DNA from: Eledone cirrhosa
Taxonomy: Eukaryota
Assembly (NCBI GenBank): GCA_964016885.1
Contig: OZ024743.1
Span: 130,510,001 to 130,574,000, forward strand
Length of the DNA: 64,000 nt
Direction of reading: 5' to 3'
Shown: in pieces, positions 47,921-61,680 of the stretch
How the letters are laid out: every line of letters begins with the position of its first letter
How positions within the stretch are numbered: the first letter of the stretch is position 1
Notes under the pieces: generated by a model
What the model saw: the letters and a program-made list of their open reading frames with translations, nothing else
Database searches by the model: none
What the model was told of the DNA's origin: nothing
Translations under genes and position numbers: made by a program

Positions 47921-50900
47921 CTTGGTGTTTGGTCCTTGGTACTTGGTGCTTGGTCTTTGGTGCTTGGGGTTTGGTGTTTGGTGCTTGGTGCTTGGTGTTT
48001 GGTGTTTCGTGCTTGGTGCTTGGTGCTTGGTGTTTGGCATTTGCTGTTTGCTCTTTGGTGTTTGGTGTTTGCTGTTTGGTGTTTGCTGTTTGGTGTTTGG
48101 TGCTTGGTGCTTGGTGGCTGGTGTTTGGTGCTTGGTGTTTGAATTTTGGTGCTTGGTGCTTGGTGCCTGGTGTTTCGTGCTTGGTGCTTGGTGCTTGGTG
48201 TTTGGTGTTTGGTGCTTGGTGTTTGGTATTTGGTGCTTGGTGCTTGGTGCTTGGTGTTTGGTGCTTGGTGCTTGGTGCTTGGTGTTTGATGCTGCGTGCT
48301 TGGTGTTTGGTGTTTGGTGCTTGATGCTTGGTGTTTGTTGTTTGGAGCTTGGTGCCTGGTGCTTGTTGTTTGGTGCCTCGTGCTTGTTGTTTGGTGTTTG
48401 GTGCTTGGTGCTTGGTGTTTGGTGCTTGGTGCTTGGTGCTTGGTGTTTGGTGCTTGGTGCTTGGTGTTTGGTGCTTGGTGCTTGGTGTTTGGTGCTTGGT
48501 GTTTGGTGCTTGGTGCTTGGTGCTTGGTGCTTGGTGTTAGGTGTTTGGTGCTTGGTGCTTGGTGTTTGATGTTTGGTCCTTGGTGCTTGGTGTTTGGTGT
48601 TTGGTGCTTGGTGCTTGGTGTTTGGTGTTTGGTGCTTGGTGCTTGGTGCTTGGTGTTTTGTGTTTGAAGTTTGGTGCTTGGTGTTTGGTGCTTCGGTCTT
48701 GGTGCTTGGTGTTTGGTGCTTGGTGCTTGGTGTTTGGTGCTTGTTGCCTGGTGCTTGTTGTTTGGTGCTTGGTGCTTGGTGTTTGATGATTGGTGCTTGG
48801 TGTTTGGTGCTTGGTGCTTGGTGCTTGGTGTTAGGTGTTTGGTGCTTGGTGCTTGGTGTTTGATGTTTGGTCCTTGGCGCTTGGTGTTTGGTGTTTGGTG
48901 CTTGGTGCTTGGTGTTTGGTGTTTGGTGCTTGGTGCTTGGTGTTTGGTGCTTGCTGCTTGCTGCTTGGGTTTTGGTGCTTGGTGATTGGTGCTTGGTGTT
49001 TTGTGCTTGGTGCTTGGTGTTTGGTGTTTGGTGTTTGGTGCTTGGTGCTTGGTGCTTGGTGCTTGGTGTTTGGTGCTGCGTGCTTGGTGTTTGGTGTCTG
49101 GAGTTTGGTGCTTGGTGCTTGGTGCCTGGTGTTTCGTGCTTGGTGATTGGTGCTTGGTGTTTGGTGTTTGGTGCTTGGTGTTTGGTGTTTGGTACTTGGT
49201 GTTTGGTGCTTGGTGCCTGGTGCTTGGTGTTTGGTGCTTGGTGCTTGGTGTTTGGTGATTGGTGCTTGGTGTTTGGTGATTGGTGCTTGATGCTTGGTGC
49301 TTGGTGTTAGGTGTTTGGTGCTTGGTGCTTGGTGTTTGATGTTTGGTCCTTGGTGCTTGGTGTTTGGTGTTTGGTGCTTGGTGCTTGGTGTTTGGTGTTT
49401 GGTGCTTGCTGCTTGCTGCTTGGTGTTTGGTGCTTGGTGATTGGTGCTTGGTGTTTTGTGCTTGGTGCTTGGTGTTTGGTGTTTGGTGCTAGGGGCTTAG
49501 TGCTTGGTGCTTGGTGTTTGGTGCTTGGTGCTTGCTGTTTGGTGTTTGGTGCTTGGTGCGTGGGACTTAGTGTTTGGTGTTTGGTGCTTGGTGTTTGGTG
49601 CTTGGTGTTTGGGGCTTGGTGTTCGGTGCTTGGTGCTTGGTGCTTGGGGCTTGGTGTTTGTTGTTTGGTGCTTGGTGCTTGGTCTTTGGTGGTTGGTGTT
49701 TGCTGTTTGGTGCTTGGTGCTTGGTGCTTGGTTTTTGGTGCTTGGTGCTTGGTGCTTGGTGTTTGGTGCTTGGTGCTTGGTGCTTGTTGTTTGGTGCTTG
49801 GTGCTTGGTCTTTGGTGCTTGGTGTTTGGTGTTTGGTGCTTGGAGCTTGGTGTTTGGTGCTTGGTGCCTGGTGTTTAGTGTTTGGTGCTTGGTGCTTGGT
49901 GCTTAGTGCTTGGTGTTTGGTGTTTGGTGCTTGGTGTTTGGTGTTTGGTGTTTGATGCTTGGTTTTTGCTGCTTGGTGCTTGGTGCTTGGTGCTTGGTGT
50001 TCTGTGTTTGGTGCTTGGTGCTTGGTGCCTGGTGCTTGGTGCTTGGTGCTTGTTGTTTGGTGCTTGGTGCTTGGTTATTAGTCTTTGGTGCTTGGTGCTT
50101 GGTGTTTGGTGTTTCGTGCTTGGTGTCTAGTGTTTGGGTTTTGGTGTTTGGTGTTTGCTGTATGGTGTTTGCTGTTTCGTGTTTGGTGCTTCGTGCTTGG
50201 TGCTTGGTGTTTGGTGCATGGTGCTTGGTGTTTGAGGCTTGGTGCCTGGTGCTTTGTGTTTGGTGCTAGGTGCTTGGTGCTTGGTCTTTGGTGTTTGGTG
50301 CTTGGTGCTTGGTGCTTGGTGTTTGGTGCTTGGTGCTTGGTGCTTGGTTATTAGTGTTTGGTGCTTGGTGCTTGGGGTTTGGTGTTTGGTGCTTGGTGCT
50401 TGGTGTTTGGTGTTTGCTGTATGGTGTTTGCTGTTTCGTGTTTGGTGTTTGCTGTTTGGTGTTTAATGCTTGGTGCTTCGTGCTTGGTGTTTGGTGCTTG
50501 GTGCTTGGTGCTTGGTGCTTGGCGTTTGCTCTTTGCTGTTTGGTGTTTGGTGCTTGCTGTTTGGTGCTTGGTGCTTGGTGTTTGGTGTTTGGTGTTTGGT
50601 GCTTGGTGCTTGGTGTTTGGTGCTTGGTGCTTGGTGCTGGGTGTTTGGTGCTTGTTGCTTGGTGTTTGGTGCTTGGTGCTTGATGCTTGGTGTTTGGTGT
50701 TTGGTGTTTGGTGCTAGGTGCTTGGTGCTTGGTGTTTGGTGCTTGGTGCTTGGTGTTTGGTGCTTGGTGCTTGGGGCTTGGTGTTTGGTGCTTGCTGCTT
50801 GGTGTTTGGTGCTTGGTGCTTGGTGCTTGGTGTTTGGTGTTTGGTGTTTGGTGCTTGGTGTTTGGTGCTTGGTGCTTGGTGCTGGGTGGTTGATGTTTGG

Positions 50901-53900
50901 TGCTTGGTGCTTGGTGTTTGGTGCTTGGTGCTTGGTGCTTATTGTTTGGTGCTTGGTGCTTGGTGCTTGGGGCTTGGCCTTTGGTGCTTGGTGTTTGCTG
51001 TTTGGTGTTTGGTGTTTGTGCTTGGTGCTTGGTGCTTGGTGTTTGGTGCTAGGTGCTTGACGCTTGGCGTTTGGTGCTTGGTGCTTGGTGCTTGGTGATT
51101 AGTGTTTGGTGCTTGGTGCTTGGGATTTGGTGTTTGGTATTTGCTGTTTGGTGTTTGCTGTATGGTGTTTGCTGTTTTGTGTTTCGTGTTTGCTGTTTGG
51201 TGTTTGGTGCTTGGTGCTTGGTGCTTGGTGCTTGGTGTTTCGTGCTTGGTGCTTGGTGCTTGGTGTTTGGCGTTTGCTGTTTGCTGTTTGGTGTTTGGTG
51301 TTTGCTGTTTGGTGTTTGCTGTTTGGTGTTTGGTGCTTGGTGCTTGGTGGCTGGTGTTTGGTGCTTAGTGTTTGGATTTTGGTGCTTGGTGCTTGGTGCC
51401 TGGTGTTTCGTGCATGGTGCTTGGTGCTTGGTGTTTGGTGTTTGGTGCTTGGTGTTTGGTATTTGGTGCTTGGTGCTTGGTGCTTGGTGTTTGATGCTGC
51501 GTGCTTGGTGTTTGGTGTTTGGTGCTTGATGCTTGGTGTTTGTTGTTTGGAGCTTGGTGCCTGGTGCTTGTTGTTTGGTGCCTCGTGCTTGTTGTTTGGT
51601 GTTTGGTGCTTGGTGCTTGGTGTTTGGTGCTTGGTGCTTGGTGCTTGGTGTTCGGTGCTTGGTGCTTGGTGTTTGGTGCTTGGTGCTTGGTGTTTGGTGC
51701 TTGGTGTTTGGTGCTTGGTGCTTGGTGCTTGGTGCTTGGTGTTAGGTGTTTGGTGCTTGGTGCTTGGTGTTTGATGTTTGGTCCTTGGTGCTTGGTGTTT
51801 GGTGTTTGGTGCTTGGTGCTTGGTGTTTGGTGTTTGGTGCTTGCTGCTTGGTGCTTGGTGTTTTGTGTTTGGAGTTTGGTGTTTGGTGTTTGGTGCTTCG
51901 GTCTTGGTGCTTGGTGTTTGGTGCTTGGTGCTTGGTGTTTGGTGCTTGGTGCCTGGTGCTTGTTGTTTGGTGCTTGGTGCTTGGTGTTTGATGATTGGTG
52001 CTTGGTGTTTGGTGCTTGGTGCTTGGTGCTTGGTGCTTGGTGTTAGGTGTTTGGTGCTTGGTGCTTGGTGTTTGATGTTTGGTCCTTGGTGCTTGGTGTT
52101 TGGTGTTTGGTGCTTGGTGCTTGGTGTTTGGTGTTTGGTGCTTGGTGCTTGGTGTTTGGTGCATGCTGCTTGCTGCTTGGGTTTTGGTGCTTGGTGATTG
52201 GTGCTTGGTGTTTTGTGCTTGGTGCTTGGTGCTTGGTGCTTGGTGTTTGGTGCTGCGTGCTTGGTGTTTGGTGTCTGGAGTTTGGTGCTTGGTGCTTGGT
52301 GCCTGGTGTTTCGTGCTTGGTGCTTGGTGCTTGGTGTTTGGTGTTTGGTGCTTGGTGTTTGGTGTTTGGTACTTGGTGTTTGGTGCTTGGTGCCTGGTGC
52401 TTGGTGTTTGGTGCTTGGTGCTTGGTGTTTGGTGATTGGTGCTTGGTGTTTGGTGATTGGTGCTTGATGCTTGGTGCTTGGTGTTAGGTGTTTGGTGCTT
52501 GGTGCTTGGTTTTTGATGTTTGGTCCTTGGTGCTTGGTGTTTGGTGTTTGGTGCTTGGTGCCTGGTGTTTGGTGTTTGGTGCTTGCTGCTTGCTGCTTGG
52601 TGTTTGGTGCTTGGTGATTGGTGCTTGGTGTTTTGTGCTTGGTGCTTGGTGTTTGGTGTTTGGTACTAGGGGCTTAGTGCTTGGTGCTTGGTGTTTGGTG
52701 CTTGGTGCTTGCTGTTTGGTGTTTGGTGCTTGGTGCGTGGGACTTAGTGTTTGGTGTTTGGTGCTTGGTGTTTGGTGCTTGGTGTTTGGGGCTTGGTGTT
52801 CGGTGCTTGGTGCTTGGTGCTTGGGGCTTGGTGTTTGTTGTTTGGTGCTTGGTGCTTGGTCTTTGGTGCTTGGTGTTTGGTGTTTGGTGCTTGGTGCTTG
52901 GTGCTTGGTTTTTGGTGCTTGGTGCTTGGTGCTTGGTGTTTGGTGCTTGGTGCTTGGTGCTTGTTGTTTGGTGCTTGGTGCTTGGTCTTTGGTGCTTGGT
53001 GTTTGGTGTTTGGTGCTTGGTGCTTGGTGTTTGGTGCTTGGTGCCTGGTGTTTAGTGTTTGGTGCTTGGTGCTTGGTGTTTGGTGATTGGTGCTTGGTGC
53101 TTGGTGCTTAGTGCTTGGTGTTTGGTGTTTGGTGCTTGGTGTTTGGTGTTTGATGCTTGGTTTTTGCTGCTTGGTGCTTGGTGCCTGGTGCTTGGTGCTT
53201 GGTGCTTGTTGTTTGGTGCTTGGTGCTTGGTTATTAGTCTTTGGTGCTTGGTGCTTGGTGTTTGGTGTTTCGTGCTTCGTGTCTAGTGTTTGGGTTTTGG
53301 TGTTTGGTGTTTGCTGTATGGTGTTTGCTGTTTCGTGTTTGGTGCTTCGTGCTTGGTGCTTGGTGTTTGGTGCATGGTGCTTGGTGTTTGAGGCTTGGTG
53401 CCTGGTGCTTTGTGTTTGGTGCTAGGTGCTTGGTGCTTGGTCTTTGGTGTTTGGTGCTTGGTGCTTGGTGCTTGGTGTTTGGTGCTTGGTGCTTGGTGCT
53501 TGGTTATTAGTGTTTGGTGCTTGGTGCTTGGGGTTTGGTGTTTGGTGCTTGGTGCTTGGTGTTTGGTGTTTGCTGTATGGTGTTTGCTGTTTCGTGTTTG
53601 GTGTTTGCTGTTTGGTGTTTAATGCTTGGTGCTTCGTGCTTGGTGTTTGGTGCTTGGTGCTTGGTGCTTGGTGCTTGGCGTTTGCTCTTTGCTGTTTGGT
53701 GTTTGGTGCTTGCTGTTTGGTGTTTGGTGTTTGGTGTTTGGTGTTTGGTGCTTGCTGTTTGGTGCTTGGTGCTTGGTGTTTGGTGTTTGGTGTTTGGTGC
53801 TTGGTGCTTGGTGTTTGGTGCTTGGTGCTTGGTGCTGGGTGTTTGGTGCTTGTTGCTTGGTGTTTGGTGCTTGGTGCTTGATGCTTGGTGCTTGGTGTTT

Positions 53901-56660
53901 GGTCCTTGGTACTTGGTGCTTGGTCTTTGGTGCTTGGGGTTTGGTGTTTGGTGCTTGGTGCTTGGTGTTTGGTGTTTCGTGCTTGGTGCTTGGTGCTTGG
54001 TGTTTGGCATTTGCTGTTTGCTCTTTGGTGTTTGGTGTTTGCTGTTTGGTGTTTGCTGTTTGGTGTTTGGTGCTTGGTGCTTGGTGGCTGGTGTTTGGTG
54101 CTTGGTGTTTGAATTTTGGTGCTTGGTGCTTGGTGCCTGGTGTTTCGTGCTTGGTGCTTGGTGCTTGGTGTTTGGTGTTTGGTGCTTGGTGTTTGGTATT
54201 TGGTGCTTGGTGCTTGGTGCTTGGTGTTTGGTGCTTGGTGCTTGGTGCTTGGTGTTTGATGCTGCGTGCTTGGTGTTTGGTGTTTGGTGCTTGATGCTTG
54301 GTGTTTGTTGTTTGGAGCTTGGTGCCTGGTGCTTGTTGTTTGGTGCCTCGTGCTTGTTGTTTGGTGTTTGGTGCTTGGTGCTTGGTGTTTGGTGCTTGGT
54401 GCTTGGTGCTTGGTGTTTGGTGCTTGGTGCTTGGTGTTTGGTGCTTGGTGCTTGGTGTTTGGTGCTTGGTGTTTGGTGCTTGGTGCTTGGTGCTTGGTGC
54501 TTGGTGTTAGGTGTTTGGTGCTTGGTGCTTGGTGTTTGATGTTTGGTCCTTGGTGCTTGGTGTTTGGTGTTTGGTGCTTGGTGCTTGGTGTTTGGTGTTT
54601 GGTGCTTGGTGCTTGGTGCTTGGTGTTTTGTGTTTGAAGTTTGGTGCTTGGTGTTTGGTGCTTCGGTCTTGGTGCTTGGTGTTTGGTGCTTGGTGCTTGG
54701 TGTTTGGTGCTTGTTGCCTGGTGCTTGTTGTTTGGTGCTTGGTGCTTGGTGTTTGATGATTGGTGCTTGGTGTTTGGTGCTTGGTGCTTGGTGCTTGGTG
54801 TTAGGTGTTTGGTGCTTGGTGCTTGGTGTTTGATGTTTGGTCCTTGGCGCTTGGTGTTTGGTGTTTGGTGCTTGGTGCTTGGTGTTTGGTGTTTGGTGCT
54901 TGGTGCTTGGTGTTTGGTGCTTGCTGCTTGCTGCTTGGGTTTTGGTGCTTGGTGATTGGTGCTTGGTGTTTTGTGCTTGGTGCTTGGTGTTTGGTGTTTG
55001 GTGTTTGATGCTTGGTGCTTGGTGCTTGGTGCTTGGTGTTTGGTGCTGCGTGCTTGGTGTTTGGTGTCTGGAGTTTGGTGCTTGGTGCTTGGTGCCTGGT
55101 GTTTCGTGCTTGGTGATTGGTGCTTGGTGTTTGGTGTTTGGTGCTTGGTGTTTGGTGTTTGGTACTTGGTGTTTGGTGCTTGGTGCCTGGTGCTTGGTGT
55201 TTGGTGCTTGGTGCTTGGTGTTTGGTGATTGGTGCTTGGTGTTTGGTGATTGGTGCTTGATGCTTGGTGCTTGGTGTTAGGTGTTTGGTGCTTGGTGCTT
55301 GGTGTTTGATGTTTGGTCCTTGGTGCTTGGTGTTTGGTGTTTGGTGCTTGGTGCTTGGTGTTTGGTGTTTGGTGCTTGCTGCTTGCTGCTTGGTGTTTGG
55401 TGCTTGGTGATTGGTGCTTGGTGTTTTGTGCTTGGTGCTTGGTGTTTGGTGTTTGGTGCTAGGGGCTTAGTGCTTGGTGCTTGGTGTTTGGTGCTTGGTG
55501 CTTGCTGTTTGGTGTTTGGTGCTTGGTGCGTGGGACTTAGTGTTTGGTGTTTGGTGCTTGGTGTTTGGTGCTTGGTGTTTGGGGCTTGGTGTTCGGTGCT
55601 TGGTGCTTGGTGCTTGGGGCTTGGTGTTTGTTGTTTGGTGCTTGGTGCTTGGTCTTTGGTGGTTGGTGTTTGCTGTTTGGTGCTTGGTGCTTGGTGCTTG
55701 GTTTTTGGTGCTTGGTGCTTGGTGCTTGGTGTTTGGTGCTTGGTGCTTGGTGCTTGTTGTTTGGTGCTTGGTGCTTGGTCTTTGGTGCTTGGTGTTTGGT
55801 GTTTGGTGCTTGGAGCTTGGTGTTTGGTGCTTGGTGCCTGGTGTTTAGTGTTTGGTGCTTGGTGCTTGGTGCTTAGTGCTTGGTGTTTGGTGTTTGGTGC
55901 TTGGTGTTTGGTGTTTGGTGTTTGATGCTTGGTTTTTGCTGCTTGGTGCTTGGTGCTTGGTGCTTGGTGTTCTGTGTTTGGTGCTTGGTGCTTGGTGCCT
56001 GGTGCTTGGTGCTTGGTGCTTGTTGTTTGGTGCTTGGTGCTTGGTTATTAGTCTTTGGTGCTTGGTGCTTGGTGTTTGGTGTTTCGTGCTTGGTGTCTAG
56101 TGTTTGGGTTTTGGTGTTTGGTGTTTGCTGTATGGTGTTTGCTGTTTCGTGTTTGGTGCTTCGTGCTTGGTGCTTGGTGTTTGGTGCATGGTGCTTGGTG
56201 TTTGAGGCTTGGTGCCTGGTGCTTTGTGTTTGGTGCTAGGTGCTTGGTGCTTGGTCTTTGGTGTTTGGTGCTTGGTGCTTGGTGCTTGGTGTTTGGTGCT
56301 TGGTGCTTGGTGCTTGGTTATTAGTGTTTGGTGCTTGGTGCTTGGGGTTTGGTGTTTGGTGCTTGGTGCTTGGTGTTTGGTGTTTGCTGTATGGTGTTTG
56401 CTGTTTCGTGTTTGGTGTTTGCTGTTTGGTGTTTAATGCTTGGTGCTTGATGCTTGGTGTTTGGTGCTTGGTGCTTGGTGCTTGGTGCTTGGCGTTTGCT
56501 CTTTGCTGTTTGGTGTTTGGTGCTTGCTGTTTGGTGTTTGGTGTTTGGTGTTTGGTGCTTGCTGTTTGGTGCTTGGTGCTTGGTGTTTGGTGTTTGGTGT
56601 TTGGTGCTTGGTGCTTGGTGTTTGGTGCTTGGTGCTTGGTGCTGGGTGTTTGGTGCTTGT
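44690..56660 (+). repeat. Tandem duplication with period 5970 bp (dimer A+B repeated twice)
   Basis: The offset is 5998 proximally (45055/51053) and 5970 from 45531/51501 to 50270/56240. The copies share private GGCATTTG (48036/54006), GAATTTT (48141/54111) and GAAG (48666/54636). Confidence 0.92.
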
Positions 56661-59069
56661 TGCTTGGTGTTTGGTGCTTGGTGCTTGATGCTTGGTGCTT
56701 GGTGTTTGGTCCTTGGTGCTTGGTGCTTGGTCTTTGGTGCTTGGGGTTTGGTGTTTGGTGCTTGGTGCTTGGTGTTTGGTGCTTGGTGCTTGGTGCTTGG
56801 TGTTTGGTGTTTGGTGCTTGCTGCTTGGTGCTTGGTGTTTGGTGCTTGGTGTTTGGTGCTTGGTGTATGTACTTGGTGCTTGGTGCTTGGTGTTTGGTGC
56901 TTGGTTCTTGGTGTTTGATGCTTGGTGCTTGGTGCTTGGTTTTTGGTGCTTGGTGCTTGGTATTTGGTACTTGGTGCTTGGTGTTTGGTGTTTGGTGCTT
57001 GGTGTTTGGTGCTTGGTGCTTGGTGCTTGGTGTTAAGTGTTTGGTGCTTGGTGCTGGTGTTTGGTGCTTCGTGCTTGGTGCTTGGTGTTTGGTGCATGGT
57101 GCTTGATGTTTGGGGCTTGGTGCCTGGTGCTTGTTGTTTGGTGCTTGGTGCTTGGGGCTTGGTGTTTGGTGTTTGGTGCTTGGTGTTCGGTGCTTGGTGC
57201 TTGGTGCTTGGTACTTGGTGTTAGGTTTTTGGTGCTTGGGGCTTGGTGTTTGATGTTTGGTCCTTGGTGCTTGGTGTTTGGTGTTTGGTGCTTGGTGCTC
57301 GGTGTTTCGTGCTTGGTGCTTGCTGCTTGCCGCTTGGTGTTTGGTGCTTGGTGATTGGTGCTTGGTGTTTGGTGCTTGGTGGTTGGTGCTTGGTGTTTGG
57401 TGTTTGGTGCTAGGCGTTTGGTGCTTGGTGTTTGGTGCTTGGTGCTTGGTGTTTGCTGTTTGGTGCTTTGGGCTTGGGGCTTGGTGTTTGGTGCTTGCTG
57501 CCTGGTGTTTGGTGCTTGGTGCTTGGTGCTTGGTGTTTGGTGTTTGGTGTTTGGTGCTTGGTGTTTGGTGCTTGGTGCTTGGTGCTGGGTGGTTGATGTT
57601 TGGTGCTTGGTGCTTGGTGTTTGGTGCTTGGTGCTTGGTGCTTATTGTTTGGTGTTTGGTGCTTGGTGCTTGGTGTTTGGTGCTTGGTGCTTGGTGCTTG
57701 GTGTTTGGTGCTTGGTGCTTGGTGTTTGGGGCTTGGTGCTTGGTGTTTGGTGCTTGGTGTTTGGTGCTTGGTGCTTGGTGCTTGGTGCTTGGTGTTAGGT
57801 GTTTGGTGCTTGGTGCTTGGTGTTTGATGTTTGGTCCTTGGTGCTTGGTGTTTGGTGTTTGGTGCTTGGTGCTTGGTGTTTGGTGTTTGGTGCTTGCTGC
57901 TTGGTGCTTGGTGCTTGGTGTTTGGTGCTTGGTGCTTGGTGTTTGGTGTTTGGCGTTTGCTGTTTGCTGTTTGGTGTTTGGTGTTTGCTGTTTGGTGTTT
58001 GCTGTTTGGTGTTTGGTGCTTGGTGCTTGGTGTCTGGTGTTTGGTGCTTGGTGTTTGGATTTTGGTGCTTGGTGCTTGGTGCCTGGTGTTTCGTGCTTGG
58101 TGCTTGGTGCTTGGTGTTTGGTGTTTGGTGCTTGGTGTTTGGTGTTTGGTATTTGGTGCTTGGTGCTTGGTGCTTGGTGTTTGGTGCTTGGTGCTTGGTG
58201 CTTGGTGTTTGATGCTGCGTGCTTGGTGTTTGGTGTTTGGTGCTTGGTGCTTGGTGTTTGGTGTTTGGAGCTTGGTGCCTGGTGCTTGTTGTTCGGTGCC
58301 TGGTGCTTGTTGTTTGGTGTTTGGTGCTTGGTGCTTGGTGTTTGGTGCTGGGTGCTTGGTGCTTGGTGTTTGGTGCTTGGTGCTTGGTGTTTGGTGCTTG
58401 GTGCTTGGTGTTTGGTGCTTGGTGCTTGGTGCTTGGTGTTAGGTGTTTGGTGCTTGGTGCTTGGTGTTTGGTGTTTGGTGCTTGGTGCTTGGTGTTTGGT
58501 GTTTGGTGCTTGCTGCTTGGTGTTTGGTGCTTGCTGCTTGCTGCTTGGGTTTTGGTGCTTGGTGATTGGTGCTTGATGTTTTGTGCTTGGTGCTTGGTGT
58601 TTGTTGTTTGGTGTTTGGTGCTTGGTGCTTGGTGCTTGGTGTTTGGTGCTTGGTGATTGGTGCTTGGTGTTTGGTGCTGCGTGCTTGGTGTTTGGTGTCT
58701 GGAGTTTGGTGCTTGGTGCTTGGTGCCTGGTGTTTCGTGCTTGGTGCTTGGTGCTTGGTGTTTGGTGCTTGGTGCTTGGTGTTTGGTGTTTGGTACTTGG
58801 TGTTTGGTGCTTGGTGCCTGGTGCTTGGTGTTTGGTGCTTGGTGCCTGGTGTTTGGTGATTGGTGCTTGGTGTTTGGTGATTGGTGCTTGATGCTTGGTG
58901 CTTGGTGTTAGGTGTTTGGTGCTTGGTGATTGGTGTTTGATGTTTGGTCCTTGGTGCTTGGTGTTTGGTGTTTGGTGCTTGGTGCTTGGTGTTTGGTGTT
59001 TGGTGCTTGCTGCTTGCTGCTTGGTGTTTGGTGCTTGGTGATTGGTGCTTGGTGTTTTGTGCTTGGTGC

Positions 59070-61680
59070 TTGGTGTTTGGTGTTTGGTGCTAGGGGCTTA
59101 GTGCTTGGGGCTTGGTGTTTGGTGCTTGGTGCTTGCTGTTTGGTGTTTGGTGCTTGGTGCGTGGGACTTAGTGTTTGGTGTTTGGTGCTTGGTGTTTGGT
59201 GCTTGGTGTTTGGGGCTTGGTGTTCGGTGCTTGGTGCTTGGTGCTCGGGGCTTGGTGTTTGTTGTTTGGTGCTTGGTGCTTGGTCTTTGGTGCTTGGTGT
59301 TTGGTGTTTGGTGCTTGGTGCTTGGTGTTTGGTGCTTGGTGCCTGGTCTTTAGTGTTTGGTGCTTGGTGCTTGGTGTTTGGTGATTGGTGCTTGGTGTTT
59401 GGTGTTTGGTGTTTGATGCTTGGTTTTTGCTGCTTGGTGCTTGGTGCTTGGTGCTTGGTGTTCTGTGTTTGGTGCTTGGTGCTTGGTGCCTGGTGCTTGG
59501 TGCTTGGTGCTTGATGTTTGGTGCTTGGTGCTTGGTGATTAGTCTTTGGTGCTTGGTGCTTGGTGTTTCGTGTTTCGTGCTTGGTATCTAGTGTTTGGGT
59601 TTTGGTGTTTGGTGCTTGGTGCTTAGTGTTTGGTGTCTGGTGCTTGGTGCTTGGTGTTTGGTGTTTGGTGCTTGGTGTTTGGTGCTTGGTGCTTTGTGCT
59701 TGGTGTTTGGGGCTGGGTGTATGGTGTTTGGTGCTTGGTGCTTGATGCTTGGTGTTTGGTGTTTGGTGCTTGGTACTTGGTGTTTGGTGTTTGATGCTTG
59801 GTGTTTGATGCTTGTTGCTTGGTGCTTGGTGTTTTGTGTTTGGTGTTTGGTGCTTGGTGTATGTACTTGGTGCTTGGTGCTTGGTGTCTGGTGCTTGGTT
59901 CTTGGTGTTTGGTGCTTGGTGCTTGGTGTTTGGTGCTTGGTGTTTGGTGTTTGGTGCTTGGTGTTTGGTACTTGGTGCTTGGTGCTTGGTGTTAAGTGTT
60001 TGGTGCTTGGTGCTTGGTGTTTGGTGCTTCGTGCTTGGTGCTTGGTGTTTGGTGCATGGTGCTTGGTGTTTGGGGCTTGGTGCCTGGTGCTTTGTGTTTG
60101 GTGCTTGGTGTTCGGTGCTTGGTGCTTGGTGCTTGGTACTTGGTGTTAGGTTTTTGGTGCTTGGGGCTTGGTGTTTGATGTTTGGTCCTTGGTGCTTGGT
60201 GTTTGGTGTTTGGTGCTTGGTGCTTGGTGTTTCGTGTTTGGTGCTTGCTGTTTGCCGCTTGGTGTTTGGTGCTTGGTGATTGGTGCTTGGTGTTTGGTGC
60301 TTGGTGGTTGGTGCTTGGTGTTTGGTGTTTGGTGCTAGGCGTTTGGTGCTTGGTGTTTGGTGCTTGGTGCTTGGTGTTTGGTGTTTGGTGCTAGGGGCTT
60401 AGTGCTTGGTGGTTGGTGTTTGGTGCTTGGTGCTTGCTGTTTGGTGTTTGGTGCTTGGTGCGTGGGACTTAGTGTTTGGTGTTTGGTGCTTGGTGTTTGG
60501 TGCTTGGTGTTTGGGGCTTGGTGTTCGGTGCTTGGTGCTTGGTGCTTGGGGCTTGGTGTTTGTTGTTTGGTGCTTGGTGCTTGGTCTTTGGTGCTTGGTG
60601 TTTGGTGTTTGGTGCTTGGTGCTTGGTGTTTGGTGCTTGGTGCCTGGTCTTTAGTGTTTGGTGCTTGGTGCTTGGTGTTTGGTGATTGGTGCTTGGTGTT
60701 TGGTGTTTGGTGTTTGATGCTTGGTTTTTGCTGCTTGGTGCTTGGTGCTTGGTGCTTGGTGCTTGGTGTTCTGTGTTTGGTGCTTGGTGCTTGGTGCCTG
60801 GTGCTTGGTGCTTGGTGCTTGATGTTTGGTGCTTGGTGCTTGGTGATTAGTCTTTGGTGCTTGGTGCTTGGTGTTTCGTGTTTTGTGCTTGGTGTCTAGT
60901 GTTTGGGTTTTGGTGTTTGGTGCTTGGTGCTTAGTGTTTGGTGTCTGGTGCTTGGTGCTTGGTGTTTGGTGTTTGGTGCTTGGTGTTTGGTGCTTGGTGC
61001 TTTGTGCTTGGTCTTTGGGGCTGGGTGTATGGTGTTTGGTGCTTGGTGCTTGGTGCTTGGTGTTTGGTGTTTGTTGCTTGGTACTTGGTGTTTGGTGTTT
61101 GATGCTTGGTGTTTGATGCTTGTTGCTTGGTGCTTGGTGTTTTGTGTTTGGTGTTTGGTGCTTGGTGTATGTACTTGGTGCTTGGTGCTTGGTGTCTGGT
61201 GCTTGGTTCTTGGTGTTTGGTGCTTGGTGCTTGGTGTTTGGTGCTTGGTGTTTGGTGTTTGGTGCTTGGTGTTTGGTACTTGGTGCTTGGTGCTTGGTGT
61301 TAAGTGTTTGGTGCTTGGTGCTTGGTGTTTGGTGCTTTGTGCTTGGTGCTTGGTGTTTGGTGCATGGTGCTTGGTGTTTGGGGCTTGGTGCCTGGTGCTT
61401 TGTGTTTGGTGCTTGGTGTTCGGTGCTTGGTGCTTGGTGCTTGGTACTTGGTGTTAGGTTTTTGGTGCTTGGGGCTTGGTGTTTGATGTTTGGTCCTTGG
61501 TGCTTGGTGTTTGGTGTTTGGTGCTTGGTGCTCGGTGTTTCGTGTTTGGTGCTTGCTGCTTGCCGCTTGGTGTTTGGTGCTTGGTGATTGGTGCTTGGTG
61601 TTTGGTGCTTGGTGGTTGGTGCTTGGTGTTTGGTGTTTGGTGCTAGGCGTTTGGTGCTTGGTCTTTGGTGCTTGGTGCTT
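59070..61680 (+). repeat. Tandem duplication with period 1301/1308 bp
   Basis: Pair 59105/60406 gives 1301, and pairs 59595/60903 and 60182/61490 give 1308. The copies share GCCGC (60254/61562). Confidence 0.88.
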
